Shown: positions 9,878-19,927, counted from the stretch's first letter. The stretch: DNA of 37,166 nucleotides from a virus (IMGVR_UViG_3300014208_001446:1-37166), one strand, 5' to 3'. Numbers and translations are program-made. Notes: a model not told the origin generated them from the letters alone.

Positions 9878-11718
9878 CTTCCATATACACGTTTATCAAA
9901 CCGGCTTTGACGCGCAGCTTGCAGTTTTATCATTCGGCCATCGAGTCTACCGGTTACCACAATTGCTTGCATACCGGCACTGCTGCCCATAAATTCTTTT
10001 AGTTTGGATAGGGGAGTTACGATTTCCGGATTGGATGAAGCTCCGGCGTATTCGCCCCCCAAAAACAATGTTGGTTTTGTAAGAATACCACCATCGGCCA
10101 TTTTAGGAATGCCAGTTGGTTGCACAGAAACGGTTTGCCCCGGAGCGTTGCTTCCTTTTTGAGATTGTCCATATGCATTTGAGGCTCCCGCTAAAAGTTC
10201 CAAAGCTGCTGCGGCTGCAAAATACTGCGCGGCCTTTCCCCAAAATTCTGGACCAGCCAAAGCTATAGCTGCACCTAACGCCAGCATTTGTTTTGCAATC
10301 GCATCGGCCACGCTGGCAAAAATTGAATACAATCCTGATAAATCAACATCTCCTGTAACAAACGATGCACCCATTGCGGAAACTGCCGCTAATCCCATTT
10401 CTGACATTGCAGCAACAAGCGTTTGCTTAGCATTCGCCATTGTAGCTATAATCTTCTTGTTGAGAATTTCCAGACCTCGAGCTGCTTCATCGGCTGCGGA
10501 TTCATAAAACGCACTGAGCGCAGATTTCCGACTACCAAAAGTCAAATCCAGTTCAACCTTTTTCTTCTTCGGACCGTAAATTGCATCGTTCATCTGAGCA
10601 CGGATCAGGGCATCGTTCTCGGCTTGCTCAATTTTTTTGTATTTATCCAGCTCATCCTGAACTTCTTCTTCAGCTGCTTTTTGTTTATTCTCTTTGCTTT
10701 TCTTTATATACTCCTGTTCAACACGCAGTCGATCATTCTCGGCCAGTTTTTTGAATGCTGAAATCGATTGCTCTAAACGCACCTTATCACCAAAAGTTTT
10801 CTTGGAAATATCAAATGAATACTGAGCAGTTTCCAACTGCTTTTTGAGATTCAGATCAATCAATCCTAATTCCAGTGCTTTGCCGCTCTTGCTTGCCCGC
10901 AGCCTTAATTCCTCAATGGCAATATTGTCCTGCTGTATCTTGTGCCACGATTCTGCACCGGAGATAAGTATTTTATTGTATTCCTGTTGAGAGAGGCTAA
11001 CTACTTTTAAATAATGCATTTGAACCAGCATCATTCCCTGAACATTCATCGTAAGGATTGATACGGTCTTGTTCACCTTGTCCAGGGTGGTGTCTGATTC
11101 TTCGAATGTTTCAGAAATAATATTACCCGCCTGGTATCCGGCAACACCCAAAGCCGTAAATCCAACAATCATTGCAGTTACCGGATTAGCCAGCATCACA
11201 GCATTTAAAGCAATCACAGCATCTTTAGCGGCGGCAAGTCCGGCAAGTCCTTGCGTTAAAGCCATTGCGGCCTGTACCTTTAAAAGCGTCCTTTGAACAT
11301 CTTCATTTTCTTTTCCAAACAATGCAGCTGCTCCTTGAGCCGCCGCAAAACCGGAAGCAGCAACTTGAAGGCCCTGACCCATCGCAGTAAAAACCGGAGC
11401 GTCGCCCCCCAATGCTCTTTCTATGGTTCTGTAATCCTCCAGTTCGTCACGCAATTTACCTGCAGCGGTTGCTGCCTTGAGTCCTTCTTTTGACAGGATC
11501 CCGTAATTTTGTGCAGTGATCTGAGCCTGTTTTGTTGCAGCACGAAACTCTTGAGCAAGCGATTTAGTTGCCTTAACAACTGTCTCCGTTCCGTCGGCCA
11601 TTCGTTTACCGTCGGCTGCTATTAATCCACCCGCCTTGCGTGTTTCATCCGCAGCAGTCTTAAGATCCTTTTTTAAGTTCTCGGTGTCGACGCCCGCCGG
11701 TATCCATATGCCTTTCAT
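9874..11718 (-). CDS. Tape measure protein
   Basis: Ala-rich helical protein with C-terminal MADGGI...GEY...NPEIV.PL motif; follows the chaperones. Confidence 0.85.
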   Translation of the reverse strand: MKGIWIPAGVDTENLKKDLKTAADETRKAGGLIAADGKRMADGTETVVKATKSLAQEFRAATKQAQITAQNYGILSKEGLKAATAAGKLRDELEDYRTIERALGGDAPVFTAMGQGLQVAASGFAAAQGAAALFGKENEDVQRTLLKVQAAMALTQGLAGLAAAKDAVIALNAVMLANPVTAMIVGFTALGVAGYQAGNIISETFEESDTTLDKVNKTVSILTMNVQGMMLVQMHYLKVVSLSQQEYNKILISGAESWHKIQQDNIAIEELRLRASKSGKALELGLIDLNLKKQLETAQYSFDISKKTFGDKVRLEQSISAFKKLAENDRLRVEQEYIKKSKENKQKAAEEEVQDELDKYKKIEQAENDALIRAQMNDAIYGPKKKKVELDLTFGSRKSALSAFYESAADEAARGLEILNKKIIATMANAKQTLVAAMSEMGLAAVSAMGASFVTGDVDLSGLYSIFASVADAIAKQMLALGAAIALAGPEFWGKAAQYFAAAAALELLAGASNAYGQSQKGSNAPGQTVSVQPTGIPKMADGGILTKPTLFLGGEYAGASSNPEIVTPLSKLKEFMGSSAGMQAIVVTGRLDGRMIKLQAARQSRFDKRVYGR

Positions 11719-12203
11719 TTATTGCTCTTGAGTCCAAGTTGTTCGGTTTTTATTTCAATGGCCTTTTGTATACCGGTAACCACAAGCTCGCTTACCTTTT
11801 CTGCGTTCATAATAACTGCGGTTCGCATGTATCCGGTTGCCGGTTGTATACCTGTACTGGCTCCTGAAGACTTATGGCGTTCAATTGATCCAAATTCCAT
11901 TAACCATGCAACTTGCCATCCCGGACCGGTTGGACCAGTTCGCCTTACGTTTGGTTTGGTTTGGGAGGGAACAGATACAAACCTGAGCTTAACTGATTCA
12001 AAGGGTTCGCCATTCTTTCCAAATCCGGAGGCAGCAATCATATCAAACCTGCGTTGCAAGTCATTAACCAAAGGCTTTGTGGCAACATCCAAAACATCTT
12101 GAACAACCCTCTGACCAAGCGCACTTGCAGCAATACGATCAAACGTAATCGCTGCTTCGTTAATGGACTGCTTAATTTGGTTTTCTATGTTATTAACTGC
12201 CAT
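11715..12203 (-). CDS. HK97 gp10-like tail component
   Basis: AWLMEFGS...QPATGYMRTA pattern. Confidence 0.6.
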   Translation of the reverse strand: MAVNNIENQIKQSINEAAITFDRIAASALGQRVVQDVLDVATKPLVNDLQRRFDMIAASGFGKNGEPFESVKLRFVSVPSQTKPNVRRTGPTGPGWQVAWLMEFGSIERHKSSGASTGIQPATGYMRTAVIMNAEKVSELVVTGIQKAIEIKTEQLGLKSNK

Positions 12204-12531
12204 GTGGTTTCCATTTTATATTCTCGGGAAACAAATCCTTCAATTCCTTAACAAATTCCTCCTGCTCCTGGGGACTGCGTTTGCCTGATGATTCAACTTG
12301 CGACTCCCACGGAAACGGTTTATTTAAAACCGCCAACAACGCTTCAACGCCAGCTTTATCATAAACACTTGCGAACTCAAACCTTGCCAAGTAGCGTACT
12401 TTCTCCCACATGCGCCGCTCCTTCACTTCCATCAACTTTATCAACCCCACGAACCTGGCATGTAGTTTTCCTACCGGTACTGTTTCATAGGTTTCTAAAT
12501 TCAGCCAGCCTAAACATATTTGCTCCAGCAA
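12193..12531 (-). CDS. Tail assembly chaperone C-terminal (gpGT-like) frameshift extension
   Basis: Only a TTG start; open in the -1 frame from the GGGAAAC site of the upstream gene. Confidence 0.7.
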   Translation of the reverse strand: MLEQICLGWLNLETYETVPVGKLHARFVGLIKLMEVKERRMWEKVRYLARFEFASVYDKAGVEALLAVLNKPFPWESQVESSGKRSPQEQEEFVKELKDLFPENIKWKPHGS

Positions 12532-12551
12532 GCCCCATACCTGCTCGCCCT

Positions 12552-12890
12552 TTAGCTGGTCGGGGCTGTCGAGTTTCCCGTTTCTGCCATTTTCAAAATA
12601 TCAACATACGCCCTTACGCATGCTCCTCCTGCCTGAAAAATCAATCCAGGATTATTGCTGATCAAATCCTCGCACTCCTTCTCAGTTAATGATGTGGCAT
12701 GCTTGAGTACTACGACGATATCATCGATTGTGTAATACACGCCTTTTACCTCCTCGTCATCAATTACGCGAGAGGTACTTCGGGCAATCGACGGGATGTC
12801 GTGGCCCAATTCTTTTTCAATGTTGCGCAGAGCGTTCACCGTGAACGTCATTGCAATTAGCTGGTCTTTGTGTTTTAATTCCATGTTCAT
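12552..12890 (-). CDS. Tail assembly chaperone (gpG-like)
   Basis: Between tail tube and tape measure genes; slippery site near the 3' end; start moved to MNMELKH. Confidence 0.75.
   Translation of the reverse strand: MNMELKHKDQLIAMTFTVNALRNIEKELGHDIPSIARSTSRVIDDEEVKGVYYTIDDIVVVLKHATSLTEKECEDLISNNPGLIFQAGGACVRAYVDILKMAETGNSTAPTS
12573..12579 (-). other. Programmed -1 ribosomal frameshift site G GGA AAC
   Basis: X XXY YYZ heptamer in the correct phase; -1 frame reads GKLDSPDQLKGEQVWGLLEQICLGW without a stop. Confidence 0.8.
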
Positions 12891-12973
12891 GTGTTGTTGT
12901 ATGCCCGGAGAAAAAGCCACCGGACCGCTTATTAAGCTGACGTCCGGGGCCACAAATCCCCGAACATGGGATA

Positions 12974-13378
12974 TTATACAGTGCCTTCAGTGATGGCACC
13001 GGTTACTTTAGCACTTCCGGAAACCACAGCGTTTTGGTTCATCGGATAGCTGATCTTGAGCGTTTCAAAAAGCATGTTGCCGCTGTAATGCTTATCTCCA
13101 CTTACGCCGGATGTGATATCAAAGGCGATCACAGTTCCGCCGGTGATAGAAGCAAACGCGGTGTCAAATCCTTCAGTTCCGTCCTCAACATGAAGCAGCT
13201 CCCAAGAGAAGTTTCCCGATAAGAGACCCCCCAAGAAAGAAGCCCACGCCGAATCCTTATTGGTGGTATCGCGCAGTGCGTTTGCAATGTTTAAATCGTT
13301 TGTGGTCAAATATGCCACAGCTGAGCCGGTAAGTTTTAGTTTTACAAGCGACCCGTTTACTACTCCTGTTGTTGCCAT
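12974..13378 (-). CDS. Tail tube protein
   Basis: 134 aa; NG, RDTTNKDS.W..FL.G pattern of short siphophage/GTA-type tube proteins. Confidence 0.8.
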   Translation of the reverse strand: MATTGVVNGSLVKLKLTGSAVAYLTTNDLNIANALRDTTNKDSAWASFLGGLLSGNFSWELLHVEDGTEGFDTAFASITGGTVIAFDITSGVSGDKHYSGNMLFETLKISYPMNQNAVVSGSAKVTGAITEGTV

Positions 13379-13390
13379 TGTATTGTTTGT

Positions 13391-14221
13391 TTAAATTTCA
13401 GTTGGGGTTACTTCGCCGGTTGAAGCGAATGAGAATGAATAAGTAATGTTTTGGTTCATTGGATGACTGCGCTTTAAGTCTGATAGCTTTGCATCAAACT
13501 CGTAGCGTGTAGCTGTATCAGTATCTGAAGAAGAAATCATTTGAACGGTAGCTCCTGCGGTGATTGCAGCAAACATGCTTGCAAAGTCTTTTTGTGATGG
13601 CTGAAAGTCCTGCAATACACTTCCCAGATTTAGCATCACCATCGCAATATCAAACTGTGTGGCCGTGTCACCGGCTTCACTGGATATCTTGATGAACGCA
13701 TTGTCACCATCAGTAAAGTTGTAGCTGATATCAAACCGTTGCCAGGTTGATGTCATAGTAACTTGATCCGGAGTGGAAGAGCCACCATCATCACCGGCAA
13801 TAATTGATATGGTTCCTCCGGTAGCATTCTTCAGGTAAAGCGAAACTTTGTTTGTGCCGGTTGGAATAGTTCCGAGTGCAGCTTGAAGGTAGTCTCCATT
13901 GGAAACAGCAGTAACCCGGTTGGCGGTCAATCGTCCGGTTGGATTTTCGTAAAGCGTTCCGGAAACGGTTAGGCCAGATGCTGTCCAGGATGCAGCCGAA
14001 CAATCGTCCGAATTAGGCACAAAGTTCAGCGGACTTTCAACGAATAGTCCTTCAGCATCGCCTTTCATGGACACAAGTCCTCCGGCATGCGATGCCCATC
14101 CGGTATATTTATTACTGGTTTCTCTGAGCGCATTAGTCAAAGTCATGTTATGCGCTACCGCAACCATTATTGGCTTTCCGTTAAAGTATAGCCAGCATTT
14201 CGATCCGTTAAGTATGCTCAT
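13391..14221 (-). CDS. Tail tube paralogue with inserted carbohydrate-binding-like domain
   Basis: Shares NALRET.NK..WAS..GGL and PMNQN with 12974-13378; ~140-aa insertion. Confidence 0.7.
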   Translation of the reverse strand: MSILNGSKCWLYFNGKPIMVAVAHNMTLTNALRETSNKYTGWASHAGGLVSMKGDAEGLFVESPLNFVPNSDDCSAASWTASGLTVSGTLYENPTGRLTANRVTAVSNGDYLQAALGTIPTGTNKVSLYLKNATGGTISIIAGDDGGSSTPDQVTMTSTWQRFDISYNFTDGDNAFIKISSEAGDTATQFDIAMVMLNLGSVLQDFQPSQKDFASMFAAITAGATVQMISSSDTDTATRYEFDAKLSDLKRSHPMNQNITYSFSFASTGEVTPTEI

Positions 14222-14604
14222 CGGTTGTATCTTATTTCATATGTTTGTGCAATTCCTGCGTATCCTTCTAATCCGGCGTCATCTGACCACATTGTAGTTT
14301 CTTCTGAAAAGGTGATTGCTTTGATACTTTCCGAAGCTTGAAAGTCAAGAGCCGTCCGAACCAGTTCAGCAAGTGAGCGTGCAGCAATGAATGTCTTTGC
14401 GACACTGTTCACCTGGTAGAAAAGTGTATCAGTTGGAGATGGACCTGATTTGTTTGTTGAGGGGCGATTTGCAATTTGTTGAAAGGAAATAAATGGCGGC
14501 AATGCTTCTTGTGTTTCGTATAGCGGAAAAATGCGGTCGCTTACAACAGCGGCCACAGCAACGTTTGAATTGAGTAAAGTATATAATGTATTATCCGCGC
14601 TCAT
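14218..14604 (-). CDS. Tail completion protein (DUF3168-like)
   Basis: RIFP...PFISFQ...Q...A.T...A..LA..VR.ALD pattern and gene position. Confidence 0.75.
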   Translation of the reverse strand: MSADNTLYTLLNSNVAVAAVVSDRIFPLYETQEALPPFISFQQIANRPSTNKSGPSPTDTLFYQVNSVAKTFIAARSLAELVRTALDFQASESIKAITFSEETTMWSDDAGLEGYAGIAQTYEIRYNR

Positions 14605-14939
14605 GTATTATCCTTTCTTTTCGCCCGGATGATCATTTCAACCTTTCTTCCAAACTCGTCTTCATCAGCTCCGAGGATCTGATAAGTATTACTTTCAAAC
14701 AGTATCTGCATGGTTTGATCGACACTGAATGAATGCGGATATCGAATGCGGAATTCTGCTACGCCAACTCCTACGCGCTGCTTCATTTCAACCTGCTCAT
14801 TATCCGAAATGCCTTTATACGAACAAGGTATCTCGGTCACGTACTCTGCATAGGTTGCAACGTTTTCACCATTGGCTTGTTTAGCCAAAGTGCGTGAGTA
14901 TAGGTTCATCACCCGATCATATTTTCCAGCAATGGCCAT
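14601..14939 (-). CDS. Head closure / head-tail adaptor (SPP1 gp16-like)
   Basis: FRIRY...MQI.F....YQI pattern and gene position. Confidence 0.75.
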   Translation of the reverse strand: MAIAGKYDRVMNLYSRTLAKQANGENVATYAEYVTEIPCSYKGISDNEQVEMKQRVGVGVAEFRIRYPHSFSVDQTMQILFESNTYQILGADEDEFGRKVEMIIRAKRKDNT

Positions 14940-15493
14940 TATGGGAGATCGTATTTTAGAACCAGATTACTGGCTGTTGTAGTTTCAAAAACCTTTTTTA
15001 CTCCCATTACAAAATCACCTACCTGAACGTTTGGGAACAGCACCGCACCACCCTCTGTTTCTGTTGGATCGTCGGTGTCAGCATGGCCGCTTGGAAGCGC
15101 CACGATATTCCCGGCGGTACCCACATAAATTGTTCCGGTGGTGCGCTGGGTGGTGAAAGTTGCAATGCGTGTTAGAGTTGGTGGTGTGGTTTCGGTTGCA
15201 CCGAGATTCTCGGCCGTGCCTCCAAAGTATTTTGACAACTGGAGATCATCGCCGGTTACTCCAATCACAAAGTACACCATGCCTTTTGTGAGGCCAGTAG
15301 TTCCGGCATTGTCACATATTACCTGGTCACCATTTGCCCATGCGAGATCCGTGATGGTAATTACATCGGTAGCTCCATCAAAGGAGGCAGCTGTTATTGC
15401 TGATTCGAATACAGGATTCCAGAACTTTGCAGTCAGGTAAGCTGTATTGCTTGGTGTTATGGGCGTTGCCCGTGGTGGTATTGCTGATATCAT
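14939..15493 (-). CDS. Head spike-base-like protein (RcGTA Rcc01079-like) with inserted beta domain
   Basis: A.PITPSN...IYVGTAGNI...V.F.NV..G....VKKV...TTA pattern recalled for this family. Confidence 0.55.
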   Translation of the reverse strand: MISAIPPRATPITPSNTAYLTAKFWNPVFESAITAASFDGATDVITITDLAWANGDQVICDNAGTTGLTKGMVYFVIGVTGDDLQLSKYFGGTAENLGATETTPPTLTRIATFTTQRTTGTIYVGTAGNIVALPSGHADTDDPTETEGGAVLFPNVQVGDFVMGVKKVFETTTASNLVLKYDLP

Positions 15494-16335
15494 GGTAAGT
15501 TTTGATAAACGTTGGTTAACATGTAAGGCCCTAATATTTTTTGTGCGCTGTTGATTATTGAAGTGCTTGGCGCGTATGAACTGTCTTCCCTGTGCAGGTA
15601 ATAATCACCGATCAACAGTTGTATTGCTTCCTTGATGGGACCAGGGATGCTTAATACTTGTTGGTTTTGATACGTTGGAGGAGTTGTATCGGCTCCGGTA
15701 AGATCAACAGCAGATCCGTTTAATGTCGCAGAGACTTTAAAAGTGTCTGTTGTTTTATTTATGATGTAGTAATCGGTTTCCAAAGAGATGCCAGTAACAG
15801 TTCCTAAATCGGGGAACTGAACAATATCGCCATTGCGCAACCCGTGTGCAGCCTTTGTAAATACATTGGTAGTTAAATTAACTGCAGTACACAATACCGG
15901 ATCAGTAAGTGTGCGTGAATAACCACTGGTAAAATTGATCTGCAACGAGTTAAGTGTTTCGCTTTTTGCCGATGGGAGAGTACTAAATACAACCCGTGCC
16001 GGTTCTGAAATAACATCAGTTTGATAAGTCGATGCGTCTACGTTTTGTAAATCACCGTTGCTGTCAATATACTTTACAGAATCAATACTGATCACCGGGC
16101 ACTTCACCAACAGGAGCGTTGACTTCATTTCTGAGGTATCCACCAAATATTTCCACCCCTGAACCAGAAGTGAACGCCAGGTCATGTCCTGAACGATTTC
16201 AGTGGCTATTCCGATCAGGTTTGTAATGTACTGATCCCAGAATGTTTCTGCCTCGGCAATGCTGAGTTGCCGTTTAGCGTCGGACAAACTGATGGCCAGT
16301 CCTTCGGGTTGTGATATGAGTTTATAGGTTGCCAC
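15490..16335 (-). CDS. Head-tail connector (gp6-like) with inserted beta domain
   Basis: ISLSDAKRQL, PVISIDSVKY.D, I.FTSGY, PIKEAI.LLIGDYY.HRE motifs. Confidence 0.85.
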   Translation of the reverse strand: MATYKLISQPEGLAISLSDAKRQLSIAEAETFWDQYITNLIGIATEIVQDMTWRSLLVQGWKYLVDTSEMKSTLLLVKCPVISIDSVKYIDSNGDLQNVDASTYQTDVISEPARVVFSTLPSAKSETLNSLQINFTSGYSRTLTDPVLCTAVNLTTNVFTKAAHGLRNGDIVQFPDLGTVTGISLETDYYIINKTTDTFKVSATLNGSAVDLTGADTTPPTYQNQQVLSIPGPIKEAIQLLIGDYYLHREDSSYAPSTSIINSAQKILGPYMLTNVYQNLP

Positions 16336-16554
16336 TTATCTTTTTTTCCGGGGTTTTACTTCTGCTTTCTCAACCTCTTTCGACTCTGTGGCCGTTTCAG
16401 TTACTGGTGCTTTGGATTCTTCATTTACATATTCAGCGTGGCCGCTGGATACCATTACCTCTGCTTGCGCCTGAGGATAGTCGGCTACTTCGCCAACAAA
16501 ATGCCCGAGGCGATACACGCCAGTTGGGTCTTTAATGAATTTAATTTTTGCCAT
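16336..16554 (-). CDS. Small post-capsid hypothetical protein
   Basis: 72 aa, typical position after the major capsid gene. Confidence 0.65.
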   Translation of the reverse strand: MAKIKFIKDPTGVYRLGHFVGEVADYPQAQAEVMVSSGHAEYVNEESKAPVTETATESKEVEKAEVKPRKKR

Positions 16555-16567
16555 GTCCGTTTTTATT

Positions 16568-16601
16568 AAATCCCCGCTACAGGTTAAAGCAGCGGGGAGT
16601 T
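16568..16601 (-). terminator. Hairpin downstream of the major capsid gene
   Basis: TCCCCGCT...AGCGGGGA stem followed by TTTAAT on the minus strand. Confidence 0.55.
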
Positions 16602-16620
16602 TATCAACTTAATTACTTGG

Positions 16621-17964
16621 TTAAGCACCCACTGGTACTGTTACCAAATCTTTGGTTACGCAGAATGATGCAGCACGACGAGCCACCGAATCAACCCACA
16701 TATTCAACACCATCATGTCTTCAGCATAAGTGGCGCGAGTGAATGGATCAAAAGTGATTGTCAGACCACCGTACTGGCACAACACCAGATCGTTCCAGTT
16801 ACCGTAAATCATACCTGACAACACAGCTCCGGAAGAAGCTTTGGTCATGTTTGAAGGCATGGATGATGTAACCGCGGTTGGATATCCGTTGATTTCCTGT
16901 GGACCGATATGTGGCCATACCATGGCGTTACCATAGGTAGGAGTAATCGGAGTTTGACGCAGGGTTGAGCGCACTTTTCCGTTAGTCAGGTAGCCGAGGC
17001 TTCCTTTGTTTGCGTTGGCTGTTTCAACCAATGCTTCCATTGAGGTAACGGTTGCCCATGTGGGTACTCCACCATTTGTTCCGTGCGTAACAGAAGTTGT
17101 TCCTGCCAATCCAAGCAATCCTGCTGGCTGACCTGAACCGGTACCGTTAATTGCGGCTTGTTGCCATGTTTGTGAGGCTGCATTTTCCAAATCACCTACT
17201 ACCATTTGTTCAATAGAAGCGTTGGCTTGTGCTTTCAAAAGCCATGAGATATTGGTGAATGCAGTCAGTCTGTGTGGTGTTGGAGAAGGACCGGCCAAGG
17301 TTGGTGTGCTTTCGGTCGAAACTGCGTTTTCGGCAGCCCAAACAGCGGTAGCACCAACTGTGAATCCAGGTAATCCCAAATTGTACGACAATCCGAGCAG
17401 GTAAGTCGCACCCAGTTCTTTAAATACCTGGCGATCGCGCAGTGCTTCGAAGAATCCCAGTTTTTCAGTTGCAACAGCATTGCTGCTTGCAGCAACCAAT
17501 GTACGGGCTTCTTTAACGGGTTTTCCACTGCGATCAATCGCAAGCAGGTTTGATGGCAGGTGTAAAGCCTGACCTTTTTTCGACTCAATTACTGCAAGTC
17601 CGCTGGTGCGGGCTTCTTTCTCACCCTCTTGGCACATTTCCAACTCAAGTCCGGAAAGTTTTCCAGCATGAGCTTCACGAATGGCTTTGGTAAAGGAAAA
17701 TGAGCGCATGTCTTTGTCGTCCTTTGCACTGGTTTGCGCTGCTGGTACACCTGATGCACCTGCTATGCGGGCTTCGAACAACTCGCGCTCTTCGGCCTCG
17801 ATAATTTCAGAATCCATTCTTTTCAACTCATCGTTGATAGTTTGGAATTGGGTTTTTTCTTCCGGTGTTAAATTCCGGTTTTCGCCTCTGGCTTTAGCTA
17901 AAAGCGCGGCGCCTTCGTCCATTTTTGACCGGCGCTCCTGTTTCAGTTGTGTTGCTGTTTTCAT
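16621..17964 (-). CDS. Major capsid protein, HK97 family
   Basis: N-terminal coiled-coil delta domain; WAAEN, INGTGSGQPAGLL, INGYP, YGNWND, DPFT motifs. Confidence 0.93.
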   Translation of the reverse strand: MKTATQLKQERRSKMDEGAALLAKARGENRNLTPEEKTQFQTINDELKRMDSEIIEAEERELFEARIAGASGVPAAQTSAKDDKDMRSFSFTKAIREAHAGKLSGLELEMCQEGEKEARTSGLAVIESKKGQALHLPSNLLAIDRSGKPVKEARTLVAASSNAVATEKLGFFEALRDRQVFKELGATYLLGLSYNLGLPGFTVGATAVWAAENAVSTESTPTLAGPSPTPHRLTAFTNISWLLKAQANASIEQMVVGDLENAASQTWQQAAINGTGSGQPAGLLGLAGTTSVTHGTNGGVPTWATVTSMEALVETANANKGSLGYLTNGKVRSTLRQTPITPTYGNAMVWPHIGPQEINGYPTAVTSSMPSNMTKASSGAVLSGMIYGNWNDLVLCQYGGLTITFDPFTRATYAEDMMVLNMWVDSVARRAASFCVTKDLVTVPVGA

Positions 17965-17967
17965 GTT

Positions 17968-18558
17968 TTATCTGTTGATTAATTGATATTCTAACTCAAG
18001 CATTTCCAGCTCGTTTATTTTTGCAGGATTGTCGGGAGCAACTATGCTCCGCTTCATGGTTTCAATGTCTGTATCGCGGTAAGCAGGGTACACCACCGGA
18101 TTCACGGCATAGAGTTTTCCGATTTTTACAATCGTTCTGATATCGGCTTTTGTGCCATCTGCCTGTGGTACATCGTACTGCCAATCCACCTCAGCTGGTG
18201 TGAATTCAAACGAGCATCCGCGCACGTTCTTTAACTTCACATTCGTATGGCAATCTTTTGAAGCTGTGGTTTCGTTTACCGGTATTTCAAACCGGCATCC
18301 ACCATCATCCATGATAATGCGCAGGGTTCCTTCGCCGTTTACACTTCTGCCCAAGAGCAGGTGATCTTCGTGGTTGAACGATGCGATTACATCGCTCATG
18401 TCGCATCCCTCAAGTGCGTTCTGGGCGATAAATTCATATCGTCCTTCCCACATTTTGTAAGGTTTTCCGTACACTATGGCGCGGCCAATTATGTACTCTT
18501 TTCCTTCTTCGTCTGCCCTGCACTCAACAGGTTCGACAGTATATCTGAGTTCTCTCAT
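17968..18558 (-). CDS. Prohead protease, HK97 family
   Basis: FNHE..LLLGRS, GCSFEF, V.PV.YPAY.DT motifs. Confidence 0.93.
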   Translation of the reverse strand: MRELRYTVEPVECRADEEGKEYIIGRAIVYGKPYKMWEGRYEFIAQNALEGCDMSDVIASFNHEDHLLLGRSVNGEGTLRIIMDDGGCRFEIPVNETTASKDCHTNVKLKNVRGCSFEFTPAEVDWQYDVPQADGTKADIRTIVKIGKLYAVNPVVYPAYRDTDIETMKRSIVAPDNPAKINELEMLELEYQLINR

Positions 18559-19859
18559 GGTTGTCCTTTTAATCCTTTTTGTGAAATATTTCCGTTTGTT
18601 GCGCCTGATCCGGATGCATCCGGTGAGCCAAGTGGTATGTTGTCTTTTGATTTTGATTTCCAGAAGTCTTCCTGAAAGTCGTCGCGTATCATGTTAACTG
18701 GGAAGTAGCGGTGATCTCCTTCTGGGCCGATGGTATTCTCACCCATATCGGCCAGTAAATCATTGGTTGTTGCTCCTCCGATGTAGAACTTGGTTTTTAA
18801 ACGGCGCTCTTGCGATTCGGCATCACCTCGCATCAACATAGCTTCATCAATATCGATGGTGCAATATGGCTGTTGGGCATAAGTTAAAAGTTTCATCCGA
18901 GCCTCTTGCTCAAAGCGAACTATCCAAGGAGAAAGGCAGTTGGTTACGTGAAGGATTTGCCACTGTTCAAGTTTTCCGGCAAAATCTTTTTTATCAGCAT
19001 AGCGGAACCACCGGTAGATATCTGAAACTGTAAATTCTTTATTCTCAATGAACTGAGCATCGTTAGCTGAAATACTGGTAGCAGTAAACTTTGTTTGTGA
19101 TCCCGCTTGAACAGCGCCAATGCCATCCTGCTTCGCGGTTTCCATAAACATTTTCTTCTTCTTCGCTAAATCGTCAGGATCCTTTGCTGTTAATTCCAAT
19201 ATCCCGTTCATGCCTCCACCGGATGCAAAAAACTTGTTGCCGTATTGTTGTGTGGCCAGACCGTTTGCGATACTTTCTGCAGCATAGGAAACAACCGATT
19301 GTCCTATCCATCCGTTTCCCTGACCACGATAATGAAATACCTGATCAGCAGTAAATGTTCCGCTTAAATTCAGATAAGGGTAGGTGATGTTATAAAATAT
19401 TCGGCCGTTGTAAATGGTTGGAAGCACAAACTCGCTTGGTATAAACCAAATTTGAACTGGTGTTCCACTGTTATCGCGAACTATATATCCGTAACCGTTT
19501 CCGGTAATGAGTGCGCTGCGAACAATTGCCTCTCTGAGCGTGAATGGAGTATTAACCGGATTAGGTTGAACATCCAATAAAGTGACTACAGCATGATTAC
19601 GTTGTACGCGTTTTTGTCCTTTATCGTCCGTAAAAATTACACTGATACCAGGACGAGCAACATCTTCAGAGATTGCGGTCACAGCTTCATAAAAGGCCGA
19701 TAGTTTTTGGGCGGTGAATGTGGTTACATCGACATTCGCGGCGTTGTTGGTACCACCCCAGAAACCATATGGCGAAAAGCCATTAATAGATGCCGTGAGC
19801 GCGTTTTGAAACCGCTTTTCAATAAATTTATTCAACCCGCGTGTGAGGAAGCTTGCCAT
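18555..19859 (-). CDS. Portal protein, HK97 family
   Basis: QPNP..T.F, GNGY, VFHYRG, G.S, FFASGG, DAQFIE motifs. Confidence 0.93.
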   Translation of the reverse strand: MASFLTRGLNKFIEKRFQNALTASINGFSPYGFWGGTNNAANVDVTTFTAQKLSAFYEAVTAISEDVARPGISVIFTDDKGQKRVQRNHAVVTLLDVQPNPVNTPFTLREAIVRSALITGNGYGYIVRDNSGTPVQIWFIPSEFVLPTIYNGRIFYNITYPYLNLSGTFTADQVFHYRGQGNGWIGQSVVSYAAESIANGLATQQYGNKFFASGGGMNGILELTAKDPDDLAKKKKMFMETAKQDGIGAVQAGSQTKFTATSISANDAQFIENKEFTVSDIYRWFRYADKKDFAGKLEQWQILHVTNCLSPWIVRFEQEARMKLLTYAQQPYCTIDIDEAMLMRGDAESQERRLKTKFYIGGATTNDLLADMGENTIGPEGDHRYFPVNMIRDDFQEDFWKSKSKDNIPLGSPDASGSGATNGNISQKGLKGQP

Positions 19860-19895
19860 CTGAGGACAAAATTCTCTCCACGGAATTGCATATCG

Positions 19896-19913
19896 TGTTA
19901 ACGCGCGTTAACA
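19896..19913. promoter_or_regulatory. Perfect 18-bp palindrome upstream of portal
   Basis: TGTTAACGCGCGTTAACA in a 68-bp intergenic gap. Confidence 0.55.
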
Positions 19914-19927
19914 AAAAGATAACAATT

